From NCBI GenBank assembly GCA_051251855.1, contig JBPOGI010000001.1, forward strand, positions 288,001-352,000: a stretch of 64,000 nucleotides of DNA, in the 5' to 3' direction. The position numbers and the translations under genes were made by a program. Each line of letters opens with the position of its first letter. The first letter of the stretch is position 1. Shown here piece by piece: positions 27,148 through 38,300 of the stretch. The stretch is from Roseibacillus sp. (GTDB taxonomy: Bacteria; Verrucomicrobiota; Verrucomicrobiia; Verrucomicrobiales; Akkermansiaceae). The notes under the pieces are model-generated. The model had not been told where the DNA came from. It saw only the letters and a list, made by a program, of their open reading frames with translations, and made no database searches.

Positions 27148-30100
27148 ATGAATGATGATTTCGAAATAGTAGGTGACGCCGCTCGTGAAGCGCGGGTGGT
27201 GGCCGTTGTGCTGGGCGAGGCTTCGGACTTCGAGCGCGAGGAGGTGGAACGACTTTGTGAAGAGAATCCCGAGTTGCAAGTTTTTCGGAGGAGAATGGAG
27301 GCCGTGCATGGGTTGATTGGCGAATCCAGAGTCCAGAATCCAGAATCCAGACCCAACACTTGGAAGTTGTCGAAGGAGCGGAGGGAAGAGGTTTTGGCAA
27401 AGTTGGGGGAGAAGGAGATCGTGGTCGCAGGGCCAAAACGGTCGGTGCGTTTTCTGGGGCTCAACCCCTGGCAACATGCCGCTCTGATCGCGGTGGCTTG
27501 TGTGGTGATTGGATTGTTGGTTCCCACTCGCATGAAATCGCTGCAAGGCGATACCAGTTTCGCTATGGCTGAAGAGGCCGCACCCGAAGGAATGAGCAAG
27601 GCTTCGGTCGCTCCGGCGAGCCCGTCCGTCGCTCGCTATGAAGACGGACTCAGTGCTCTCAAAAAAGAGCAGGCTGTCAGGCCGAACTCTCTGAGGTCTG
27701 ATTTTTCAAGTGATGACCTCGCTGTGTTGTCGAGTTCTTCTTCAATTCCCAGTCTACCTGAGCCATCTGCGGAAAAGGTGATCGCTAGCGGCACTGATTC
27801 TCCGATGGAGGTTGTTGAGCTGGAGGAGAGCATTCCTGTCGCGGCTGCTCAATTCGGCGAGGGTGATGATTATGGGGCACGTTGGGGCTACAAAGAGGGC
27901 GAGGATGAGCCGGGAGCGATCGCTTCGGTCGAATCGAAAGGGTTGAACTTTGACCCGGATCTTCTGCCGCCGTTGGATGCGAAGCCGCAGTTGAGAAATG
28001 CTTCGGTGAATACTAGGGCTGGTAGTGATGAGTCTTTGGCTGGTGGGGTGGCTGGGGGAGGTGCCGATCCGTTTGCTTCGGAGACGGGATTGGGTGGGGG
28101 AGGCTTGCGGATGAGGTCGGATGCGTCGAAAGAAGAAAGTTTGGCTGGGGCCAGAGTGGTCGGGCGGTCGGAAGGTGGGCCTCTCTTAGAACAGCGCTTC
28201 AGAGTTCCTTCTTCTTTTCTATCTGATATCTCTGGAGATGGTTTTTCCGGTGATGTCGACGCCTTTGCCTCCTCAGAGGAAATGAGTAGTCCTTCGGAAG
28301 AAAAGACGGTGAAAGAGCTGCTGTCTGATTCTGGAGTCGATTTTCCTGAAGGAACTAGGGCTACCTTTGACGCTTCGAGTGGCGAGTTGATTGTCCGTAA
28401 CACCGCCAACAATATCGATCTAGTGGACCAGATTTCCGAGTCTTTAGGTGCGGCTCCAAAGCCAGTTGAGGAGCTTGGCGAGGTCAGTGATCGATTGAGT
28501 GTCGATACTGGCTTTGCATTTTCGCAAGCGACTGAGCCAAGCGAGAGGGGTAGGTGGGATTCTCGGGTGCCGAAGCTCAGTCGTCCTCCCGAATCTTTCG
28601 CTTTGTTTGCGAACGAAGTGGAGAATGGTCCTTCTTCTTCGAGGTCAGAAGAGAGTCAAGCTTATGGAAGAGGACTGAGGTCTGGTGATGATTCTGTTTT
28701 GTTAGGTAGATTGGTTGGTGAATCGGATGCTGAGCCCTTGGTGTCAAATTCATCAGGTCCGAGATTACTTGCGCAGGAGAGAGTGTGCCGGGAGGCATCT
28801 GAGGAGAAGGCCACAGAGTGGTTGCTGAAGGGGCGAGAAGCTTACGCTGACAAGGATTATGATGAAGCGGCCCGCTTTTATCGGGATTCGCTGAATTCAT
28901 TGCCTTTTGGAGCCCAGACCGAATCGAAGCGAGATGAAATTCAGGCTCACTTGGCCGATGGTGAGGTGGCTCTCTCAGAGCAGTATCAGCGGACTGGGAG
29001 GTATGATGAGGCCAAGGATTTATTGGGTGATGTCTTGTTGGTCCAACCCGAGCTGGCTCAGGCGAACGAGGCATTGGAGTATTTCGATGAGCCAATTCGA
29101 ACCAATCCTCGGGTGACACTCGAAGAGCAGATAGTCGCGAAAGAGCAGTCTCTCGCTGCCACTCGATTTGCTGGTCGGGAGCAAGACGAGTTGGTCGAGC
29201 TTGCGACGGAGATGCACGATTATAAGGAGGCCAATCGTGAGTATGAGAATTCCCTCGCGCTTCTCCAAGAGTTGAAGTTGGTGCAATCTTCAGAGCGGGT
29301 GGGGCTGCGGACTCCTGAGCCAGTGGTGATTCAGGAGCAGCCGAAGGTTTCCAAGAAGAGAGGCGGCTTTTTAGGTTTAGGAGACTATGAAAGCAAAGCC
29401 GCCGTTGAGGTTCGTCCTGGCCTAAGTCTTGGCAGTGAGCTTAGGGTCCCCGAGTCGAAGCAGTATTTCGATACTCAAAAGCAGGTCGCGACCGCCACAA
29501 AAACATTGAGCTTGGCCGTCGAGGAGGAGGGGCTTGATAAGAAGTGGGGTGTCTCGAAAGAAGAGGCAGTCAAGAGACTGAAGTCGAATGTGAAAGTGAC
29601 TCAGCGACGTGGGACGGATATTTTGGAAATCAAGGGGTCGAACAAAGATCCTAAAGTGGCAAAGGAAATCGCGGCCGCTGTAACCTCAGCGTATCAGAAA
29701 CGCCGAAACGAAGAGGAGGTTAGGCGAGCGGAGTCTCAGTTGGACGCCCTCAATGCTGAGATTGAAAACCAAAAGGACAAAGTAGAAGCCAAGCGTAAGG
29801 TGCTCGATACTATCGTTAGAATCACGGGGAGACCTTACTTTGAAGGGCGTGCGAAGGGCTCTCCAGGCAATCAGACACAGTTGAAGATGATTGCAGAGCG
29901 CAACGAGTCCGACATGAAGAAGAATCGCGACCAGTATCGGATCTATCTTGATAAGTTGGAGACTCTCGAGTCGGATCAGCTCCTTCGTTATGCGGCTGAG
30001 ATTCCAGTTGATAATAATTCGGTTCGGTCACTGCATTCCGAGTTGCTCTCTACTCGAAAGGAACTCAATAAGTTGAAGGCTAAGGGACTGGGTGAGAATC

Positions 30101-32373
30101 ACCCTTCGATGAGAGTCCAGAAGGAGAGGATTGAAGGTTTGCAGAAGGACACGGATTCTGCGGTTGCCAGCTTGAGAGAGTCTCTCATGACGAATTTTGA
30201 AATGGTTTCGGAACAGCTGTTAGTGATGGAGGCTACCGCTCAGCCCAAGCTCACACCGGAGGAGAGAGAAGAGAAAATCCGAAAAGAACAATCTGAGTTG
30301 GCGGAGCTGAAGAAGAAATTGTGGGCGGAGAAAAGATTGGAGGCCCAATCGAGCGACCCCGATTTATTCGCGGACTTGCAAAGCTCACGCAGGCAAGGGT
30401 TGCTCACCAATAAGCTGCAAAATATCATTATTCCTCGAGTTGATTTTGAGAACACGCCTCTCGATGAGGCGTTGGAGTATTTGACTCAAAAAACTCTCGA
30501 GCTCGATCCCGATCCGGATCCAGAGAGGAAAGGAGTGAATTTTGTCCTTGAGAAAGGCTTCGTTGACTCTGGTTTTGCTGAAGTAGATGAGGAACTCGGG
30601 GGCGGTGGTCTTCTTCTTGGGAATGATCAGAGCGAAAAGTCGATTGATGTTCTACAGCTCACTGATGTTCCTTTAGCGACGGCCTTGGAGTATATCGCTT
30701 CCAAGACGGGACTTCGTTATCGGGTTGATGATGATAAGGTGACTCTCTTGGCGATTGGGTCTGAGGGCTCAGCAGACTTGGTGACTCGGACGTGGAGTAT
30801 TTCGCCGGAGGCTTACGCTCAGTTGATGGAGCCACCGGAAGCCAACGTGTTTGTCGCTGAACTGGAAGAAGTGGCTTCGGAGCAAGAAGCGCTGGAGAAT
30901 TGTGGAGTGGGTTTTCCGGATGGGGCTTCGGTGAGATACATCGCTAGTAGTGGCTCGCTCTTTGTGAGGAGCACGGTTTCGAATCTCGACTTGGTAGATC
31001 AGGTTGTTGAGGTTTTGAACTATGAGGCCAAGGTCGCTCAGGAAACTTTGGCGATGGATGAGAAGGATGCGGCGACGGAGGGGGATTCGACGTTCTCGCT
31101 ACATGTGAGTGATGTGAGCTTTAAGTTGGCGAAGGCGGCACTGGAGCAGGGGAAGTGGCCAGAGACGGTGCGGGTGGAGGAGTTTGTAAATGCCTTTTCT
31201 TATGGGGAACGAGCGCTGGCACCTAACGAGCGGGTAGGAGTGGCGATGGAGCAGGCGGCGCATCCGTTTTTGTCGCAGCGCAATTTGTTGAGGGTGTCTT
31301 TGCAGACCGCGGCCACGGGCCGAGGGGCGGGAGTGCCGTTGCGCTTGACGGTGGTGCTTGATAAGTCGGGTTCGATGGAGCGGCTCGATCGGGCGGCGGC
31401 GGTGGATGAGGCCTTTCGGGTGTTGGTGAATCAGTTGAATCCTGGGGATAAAGTGACTTTGGTGGGATTCTCACGCACGCCGACTTTGTTGGCGGACCAT
31501 GTCGATGGTTCAGAGGGCGAGCGGTTGTTGAAGATTCTGCGTGAGACGCCCAGTGAGGGGGGGACGAATGTGGAGGAGGCGCTGAAGTTGGCGCGGGCGA
31601 AGGCTTTGGAGCACTTTGAGGAAGGGGCACAGAATCGAGTGATTTTGTTGACGGATGGAATTGCGAATCTTGGTGAATCTGTTCCGGAGCAGTTGATGAC
31701 GCTGGTGGAGGGAATGCGTGAGGAGGATGTGGCCTTTGATGCGTGTGGAGTAGGGGTGGAGGGCTTGAACGATGATATCTTGGAAGCGCTGACGCGGAAG
31801 GGTGATGGACGTTACTACCTTCTTGGGAGCACGGAGGAGAGTGGAGCCGATTTTGCGAAGCAGGTGGCGGGGGCGTTGCGTCCAGCGGCCCAGAATGTCA
31901 AGGTGCAGATTGAGTGGAACCCGGAACGGGTGGGTAAGTGGCGTCTCTATGGCTACGAGAAGCATGAGCTGAAGAAAGAGGACTTTCGCAATGATTCTGT
32001 CGATGCGGCGGAGATGGCAGCGGAGGAAGAAGGGGTGGCTCTCTATCATGTGGAGGTGAAGCCTGATGGCGAGGGTCCTTTGGGAGTGGCGCGGGTGCGT
32101 TTCCTGGATGTGGCTAACAATGAGATGGTGGAGCGAGAGTGGGAGATTACGCACGAGGGGGAGGCGGCGACTTTGAGTGAGGCGGATGAGAAGATGCGTT
32201 TGGCCGGGGTGGCTGGATTGGTGGCTGAGAAGTTGGCACGCAGTGCAGTGGGTGAGCGGGCGGAATGGGACGAATTGTTAGAGATGACGCGTCAGTTGAA
32301 GACTGTTTTTCCGAAGGAGAAGCGCGTGAGTGATTTGGAGCGAATGATTGAGCTGGCGAAAGGTTTGGAATGA
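27148..32373 (+). CDS. Mosaic anti-sigma-like membrane protein with C-terminal YfbK-type vWA module
   Basis: N-terminal anti-sigma-like helices (VLGEASDFEREEVERL) and one TM helix. C-terminal STFSLHVSDVSF, VRVEEFVNAF, MIDAS DKSGS, NRVILLTDG, and RLYGYEKHELKKEDFRNDSVDAAE. Confidence 0.85.
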   Translation: MNDDFEIVGDAAREARVVAVVLGEASDFEREEVERLCEENPELQVFRRRMEAVHGLIGESRVQNPESRPNTWKLSKERREEVLAKLGEKEIVVAGPKRSVRFLGLNPWQHAALIAVACVVIGLLVPTRMKSLQGDTSFAMAEEAAPEGMSKASVAPASPSVARYEDGLSALKKEQAVRPNSLRSDFSSDDLAVLSSSSSIPSLPEPSAEKVIASGTDSPMEVVELEESIPVAAAQFGEGDDYGARWGYKEGEDEPGAIASVESKGLNFDPDLLPPLDAKPQLRNASVNTRAGSDESLAGGVAGGGADPFASETGLGGGGLRMRSDASKEESLAGARVVGRSEGGPLLEQRFRVPSSFLSDISGDGFSGDVDAFASSEEMSSPSEEKTVKELLSDSGVDFPEGTRATFDASSGELIVRNTANNIDLVDQISESLGAAPKPVEELGEVSDRLSVDTGFAFSQATEPSERGRWDSRVPKLSRPPESFALFANEVENGPSSSRSEESQAYGRGLRSGDDSVLLGRLVGESDAEPLVSNSSGPRLLAQERVCREASEEKATEWLLKGREAYADKDYDEAARFYRDSLNSLPFGAQTESKRDEIQAHLADGEVALSEQYQRTGRYDEAKDLLGDVLLVQPELAQANEALEYFDEPIRTNPRVTLEEQIVAKEQSLAATRFAGREQDELVELATEMHDYKEANREYENSLALLQELKLVQSSERVGLRTPEPVVIQEQPKVSKKRGGFLGLGDYESKAAVEVRPGLSLGSELRVPESKQYFDTQKQVATATKTLSLAVEEEGLDKKWGVSKEEAVKRLKSNVKVTQRRGTDILEIKGSNKDPKVAKEIAAAVTSAYQKRRNEEEVRRAESQLDALNAEIENQKDKVEAKRKVLDTIVRITGRPYFEGRAKGSPGNQTQLKMIAERNESDMKKNRDQYRIYLDKLETLESDQLLRYAAEIPVDNNSVRSLHSELLSTRKELNKLKAKGLGENHPSMRVQKERIEGLQKDTDSAVASLRESLMTNFEMVSEQLLVMEATAQPKLTPEEREEKIRKEQSELAELKKKLWAEKRLEAQSSDPDLFADLQSSRRQGLLTNKLQNIIIPRVDFENTPLDEALEYLTQKTLELDPDPDPERKGVNFVLEKGFVDSGFAEVDEELGGGGLLLGNDQSEKSIDVLQLTDVPLATALEYIASKTGLRYRVDDDKVTLLAIGSEGSADLVTRTWSISPEAYAQLMEPPEANVFVAELEEVASEQEALENCGVGFPDGASVRYIASSGSLFVRSTVSNLDLVDQVVEVLNYEAKVAQETLAMDEKDAATEGDSTFSLHVSDVSFKLAKAALEQGKWPETVRVEEFVNAFSYGERALAPNERVGVAMEQAAHPFLSQRNLLRVSLQTAATGRGAGVPLRLTVVLDKSGSMERLDRAAAVDEAFRVLVNQLNPGDKVTLVGFSRTPTLLADHVDGSEGERLLKILRETPSEGGTNVEEALKLARAKALEHFEEGAQNRVILLTDGIANLGESVPEQLMTLVEGMREEDVAFDACGVGVEGLNDDILEALTRKGDGRYYLLGSTEESGADFAKQVAGALRPAAQNVKVQIEWNPERVGKWRLYGYEKHELKKEDFRNDSVDAAEMAAEEEGVALYHVEVKPDGEGPLGVARVRFLDVANNEMVEREWEITHEGEAATLSEADEKMRLAGVAGLVAEKLARSAVGERAEWDELLEMTRQLKTVFPKEKRVSDLERMIELAKGLE
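27322..27351 (+). repeat. Intragenic 7-nt tandem repeat
   Basis: GAATCCA GAGTCCA GAATCCA GAATCCA GA. Confidence 0.8.
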
Positions 32374-35300
32374 GAACGATGAAAAGAGAATTTGTGATGA
32401 TGAAGAGTGTTTGGAATTTGGTGAGTGGGGTTTTTGGTCGTGGTTGTGAAAATCGGTTCGGCGGGGCCCCGACTTTGTCGGGGGAACCCGGTCGCAGACC
32501 AGCGCTCCCAGTGACGGTGTTGGCGCTTGCCTTTACTTTTGCTCAGGCGGAGGAGGCGTCGGTGACGATTGATGTGAAGGGTAAGGAGCCAGTGCCGGTC
32601 TATTATTCGGCGGTGGTGGAGCATGGGGTTTCCATTGATGGGGAGTTGGTGACGCATGAGGCGGAGATTTCAGTGAAGCTGATTCAAGGGGAGGCGAAGA
32701 CCTTTTCTTTTGCCTTGTTAGGTGGCGGTGAGGTGACAGGGGTGGAGAGTTTGGGCGAAGGGGAGTCTGTGCTTGAGAGCTGGGCCACGCGTCAGGGAGA
32801 ATCGTCGGCTTTCTTGGATATTACGGTGAAGGCTCAGGCGAAGAGTTATCGCTTTGCAGTGAAGGCGGAACAGGATTTGGTTGAGCTTCCGGAAGAGACT
32901 TGGATGTGGAATCTGGGGCCCGGGGATGCGGTAGGCTTTAAGGCTGAGCTTGCAGTGGCGGTGGAGCCGGGGACGGTTGCGGAGTTCGATAAGTTGATTG
33001 GGGTGACTCCTGAGCGGAAGGAAGAGGAGAAGACGGGTTGGAAGAATCTTTTGGGTGCGGGCCCCGTGACGCGAAAATTGGTGACCACGACGGGTGGGGA
33101 GATTTATCTGATTGTTCGTAAGGATGGGGTGCCGGTTGAGAAGATTGAGTTGTTAGGGGCGTCGCTGACAGGGGGCGTTGATGAGGAATCTGAAGCAGCC
33201 GCTTTTGTGCTGCGAGGTGAGTTGGTGGCTCATGATGAGGGGGTGGTGCTTCCTTTGTTAGGCGGAGGCGCGGCGGTTCCCAAGTTGCCAAGCATTGAGG
33301 GACTTCGGTTTTTTGTGAAGGATGAGCACTACTTTGTGGAGGCGGAGAAGGCGGGGCGCTATGAGCTTTCGCTCTCGTTTGTGGCGAAGTTGATTCGGGA
33401 GGCGGAGGGAAGCCGGATTTACTTCACTACGCCTTCGACGACTGTTTTGCCCTTGGATTTGGCTGGGTTGGACGGAGTGAAGTTTTCGGATGGTCTGGCG
33501 GTGCAGCCGGTGCTGAAGGATGGAATTTGGCAGGGCTATGTGCCTGCATCGGGGTTGGTTTCGTTGGGTTGGAGTGAGGCTGGTGAGGAAGAAGATGGAG
33601 CGCTCTTTTTCTCTAGTGAGGGGTTGGTCGATATTCAGGTGGGTGCGGGTTTGCTGCGGCAGGATTCGTATCTCGGTTTGCGCATTTTGCAGGGTGAGAT
33701 GGAAGAGGTGTTGTTAGAGCTTGCTGGCCCGGGAGACGTGTTGGCAGTGGAGGGGGATGATGTTCTTTCGTGGGAACGTGGTGAGGAGGGGTTGCGGGTG
33801 AGATTTAAGGAAGCGGCTGGGCAGCAGGTTCGGCTGCGGGTGCGGAGTCAGGTGGCTTTGGAGGCTTTTCCAGTAGAGTCGGAGACGTTGCGAATTCGGC
33901 CCGAAGGAACAGTTCGCCATGCGGGGTATTTGCGGGTGCGCAACGAGGGTGCAGTGCGCTTGGAGGTAGGTTCGGTGGAAGGATTGATGCAGTTGGCTCC
34001 GAATGAGTTTCCTGGTGAGGAAGTGCAGGCGCGTCAGCAATTTGTCTATCGCTTCCCGACGAACGAATATGCGGTCTCGTTGGAGGCGTCGCAAATATCG
34101 CCCGAAGTCTCAATTGCGGAGACGCTGGTGTATGAGTTGGGGGATAGTGATCGGAGTATTCAGGCGGATGTGGAATTGGATATTCGAGAGGCTGCTCTGC
34201 GGGAGTGGGAGATGTCGGTGCCGGCGGATTACTCGGTGGTCTCGGTGAGTGGGGCTAAGGTGGGTGACTATGTGGTCGGGAGTGAAGCCCAAGAGGGGCT
34301 GCGGGTGTTGCGGGTGATTTTTTCGGAAGAGGTATCGGGTCGTCAGTTGGTGAGTTTGTATTTGGAGAAGAATGAGCCGGTGGAAGAGGGTGAGTGGATT
34401 TTGCCTCGGATTGTGCATGCGGAGGCTAAGGCGGTGCGCGGTGATGTTGGCGTGGTGGGAGCTCCGGGGTTTCGGGTGACCATTGGGGCCATTGATAAGT
34501 TGGCCGAAAAGCCGTTATCGTTTTTTCCCAAGAAGTCGGAGGGGTTGCAATTGGCCTTTCGTGAGCGTGAGCGTGATTGGGCGGCCACTTTGCAGGTGGA
34601 GCGTTTGCCGCGCAGTGTGGAGGCGGATGTTTTTCATCTCTATTCGCTGAAGGACGGCACCGCTTTCGGAAGTGTGGTGGTGAACTATTTTATTACGGGA
34701 AGTCCGGTCGATGAGTGGAAGCTGAGGGTGCCTGAGAATGCAGGGAACGTGGCGATTGATGGCCAGAATGTGCGGACTTGGCGGAGGGAAGGGAACGAGG
34801 TGATTGTCACTCTGCAACAGCCAGTGATTGGACTTTATACGCTCCTGTTGACTTGCGAGGAAGTGGTGGGAGCGCAGGGTGGTGAAGTGCGGCCAGGTCG
34901 GGTGGAGCCGCTGGGTGTTCGCGGTGAGCGTGGCTTTGTGCAAGTGGTGAGCCCCGTGCAAGTGAAGTCTCAGGTGGGGACGGCGTCGGATGGCTTGTTG
35001 AAGTTAGATGCCTTGGAGTTGCCTGCGGAGTTCCGTCTTTCGAGTTCGGCTCCTTCGCTTGCGGTCTATCAATACACGGAGCGTCCTTTTGAGTTGGCGA
35101 TGAATGTGGAGTGGTATGAGCCTGGTGAGACGGTGGCTCAGGTGGTGGAGTTTGCGGAAGCTAAGAGCCGTATCTCGCGTGATGGCGAGGTGGTGACTGA
35201 TGCGGTCTACAGTGTGAAGACGCGTGGTGGGCGCGTGCTTCGGTTGGGCTTGCCGGAAGGGGTGCGCTTGTGGGAGGTGCGCGTGAATGGCGAAGCGGTC

Positions 35301-38300
35301 AATGCGCGTAAGGATGGTGATGCCACTTTGGTTCCTTTGCCCGCAGGAGCGGATGCAAACGAGACAGTGGAGGTAAAGGTTCGTTTTGGGCGATCGGCGG
35401 TGAGTGCGACTCATCCCAAGCTGGAATTGCCCACGGTGGCGGCTCCGGTTTTGAAGACGGAATGGAATATCAAAGGGGATGAGCGCCGTCGCTTGGTCTT
35501 GCGCAGTGAAGAGACGAATGCTTTGGAGTCGGGGGTGAGTGGTTTCAATTGGGTAGGTGGTAAAGGCTTGCTTCCAACTGCTCTTTTGATGGCTCTTTTG
35601 GCTGGGGCTGCAGTGTTAGGGCGCAAGACGCGCATTGGAGGAACGATTGTGCTGGGGTTGGCTTTGGCTCTTTTGGTTTTGCTCGTCATTGCTTCTCAAT
35701 ATGTCCCGCAAGAAGGAAGCTCGCAGCTCGATGTGGGAGTTCCTGTATTGGCCCCGGGTGAGGTCGTTGATGTGAAGGTGGGGAACTATGAAAAGGAGGG
35801 TGCTCGCTGGAGTATGGAAAGCCTTGCCGCTATTCTGGTAGGATTGATTTGGGCGGGATATGGTCTGGTGACTCGTGCGAAAGCTTGGCACGTGTTTGGT
35901 GGTCTATTGGTTGCGGGAGCGGGTTGTCTCTGGATGGAGGGCGGTGCTTTTTGGTTCTTTATTCTGCTAGCAGTGATGGTTGCGGTGATGATTTGGTGTC
36001 TCTGGGCCTGCAAACCGAAGAGTAAAAAGGAGAAGCCTGAGGGCCCAAGCGAGAATGGTGGTTCCAAGGCTGCAGCTACAGCACTCCTGCTACTGAGTTC
36101 GGGATTGTTCTTTGGCGAGCCTGCCCAGGGTGAAGTTTTGGGGGCGGCGGAAAGTCTGTCGCAAAAATGGACCGTTGATGACGATCGGATTTCGGCGAGT
36201 GCGGCGCTTTCGCTTCGGGGCGAAGTGGGAGATGTCTACCGTCTTCTTGGAAGTGGGGTCACGTTGAAGGAGTTTGCGGGAGAGGGCTTGCGCTTGGGGT
36301 CGGATGGCGATGGTTATCTGGTGACGATTGTGGAGGTGGCTGGGACGGATACTCTAGAGGAGCCTGTTGCGACGGATCCGTTCGGAGGTGGAGATGAGGT
36401 TGAGGAAGTTTCGCCTGAAGTCGCAGTGGATTCGGGTGAACGGACGGCGACCTTTAGCTATGAGATTCGACAGGCGCCGAATGAGGTTCGTATTCCCACG
36501 GGGATTGCGGCGGCGCATGTGTTGGAGGTGACTTTGCAAAAGTCCGGCTGGTCGATTCGTTGTGAGAAAGCGGCGCAGGTGACCGAGAGTGAAGTGGAGG
36601 GTGCAAGTGTGGCGGAGCTGATTCTCCTTCCTCGTGCCGAGGCGCTCGTGGTGATGAAGCCACGGGAGCGTGATCCGCTGAAGGAAGAAACGACCTATTT
36701 CGTGGAGGTGGGGAATGCCTATGTGCCAGGTCCCGGTTTGTTAGAGGGACGGCACTTGGTGGAGGTGCAGCCTTCGCAGGGAGTGGTGCGCCAGTTGAAG
36801 ATGGTGGTGCCCGAGGGCTTGGCGGTGAGTGATGTCAGTGATGGTCCAGTGGCGGATTGGCGCTTTAGTGCCGAGAGTCGAGAGCTGGTGGTGGACTTGA
36901 ATAAGCCTCAGTCAGTAGCTTTTAGTATCTTTGTGGTGACTCAGAAGAGTTTGGGTTCCTTGCCGTTGGACTTGGCGGTTCAGCCCCTGCGGGTGTTGGG
37001 TGCAGAGCGTGAACTGGGTCTAATGGGGATTGCTTTCCGCGGGGAAGCGCAGTCGGAGCGGATTGAGGTGACGGGTTTGTTAGAGGTGAATCTTTCGGAC
37101 TTTACGAGTGGTCTTTTGCGCAAGGATGTGGAGGTTCTGCATCGGGCCTATCGCTATAATGCGGAAGAGGCGGAGGCGCGCTTGCGGATGGTGCCGGTGG
37201 CGCCCGAGGTTCGGGTGACGACCGAGGAAGTGCTATCACTGGGTGCAGAGCGGACTTTGTTGAAGGTGACGGCCAAGGTCGATATCACGCGAGCGGGGAT
37301 TTTCCGTTTTAGCTTCGCGGTGCCGGATGGATTTGAGGTGGAGTCCCTGAGCGGGGAGTCGATGAGCCATTGGAACGAAAGTGGGGAAGGCGCGGACCGC
37401 GTGGTGACCGTTCATCTGAAAGGACAAACTTTGGGGAGTCAGAATTTCTCCTTGGTGCTCTCGAGGACGGGAGCTCTTTCGGAAGAAGAGAGTGTGGAGG
37501 GCGATGCTGAGGCGGGCTGGACTGTGCCGAAGTTTGTGATTGTGGAGGCTGCGCGTCAGACGGGGCAGCTGGTGGTGCGGGCTGAGCAGGGTTTGCGGTT
37601 GCGCACTCTGTCGCGGAAGAATGTTTCAGAGGTAGATCCTCGTTCGGCGGGCGCGTCGAGTAAAGATGGGGCCGCATTGGCCTTCCGCCTTTTGCAAAAG
37701 GAGTGGGAGCTGGCGCTGGGAATCGAGCGGTTGGACCCTTGGGTGACCGGCCAGGTTCTGCAGGAGGTGACTTTGCGTGAAGGTCAGACGCGGAACTTAG
37801 TGGTTGCTTCACTGAAGGTGGAGAATGCGGCAGTGCGTCGGGTGCTGGTTCGCTTTTCGAATCTCAGCGAGGAGATGGCGAAGACTCTGCGCGCGAGCGG
37901 TTCGGCGGTGAGTGGTATTTCGCCCGTGGAAGGTGAAGAGGGACTTTGGGAGATCGGGTTCAAGCGCCGGGTGATCGGGAATCAGCAATTGCGCATTGAG
38001 TGGGAGCGCACAGGTGAGCGTGCTGATGGGGTGGATTCGGTGCAGGCACTTGTGTTCCCAGAGCTTCGTCAGGTTTCGTCCTATGTGGCGTTGCGAGCGG
38101 GAGCTCAGTTGGAGGTGACCCTAGGCGATTTGACCGAAGGGTGGTATCGCCTGGATTGGAATGCAGTGCCGAGCGAGCTTCGTGATGCGGGGGCGGGAGG
38201 GATTCCTGCTTTGGCTTTGCGGTCGGGTGCTAGTCCGCTGCAGGTGTCGGTGACGCGCCATGCGGTGGCGGAGGCGCTGAAGTTGAGGGTTTCTAAGGGT

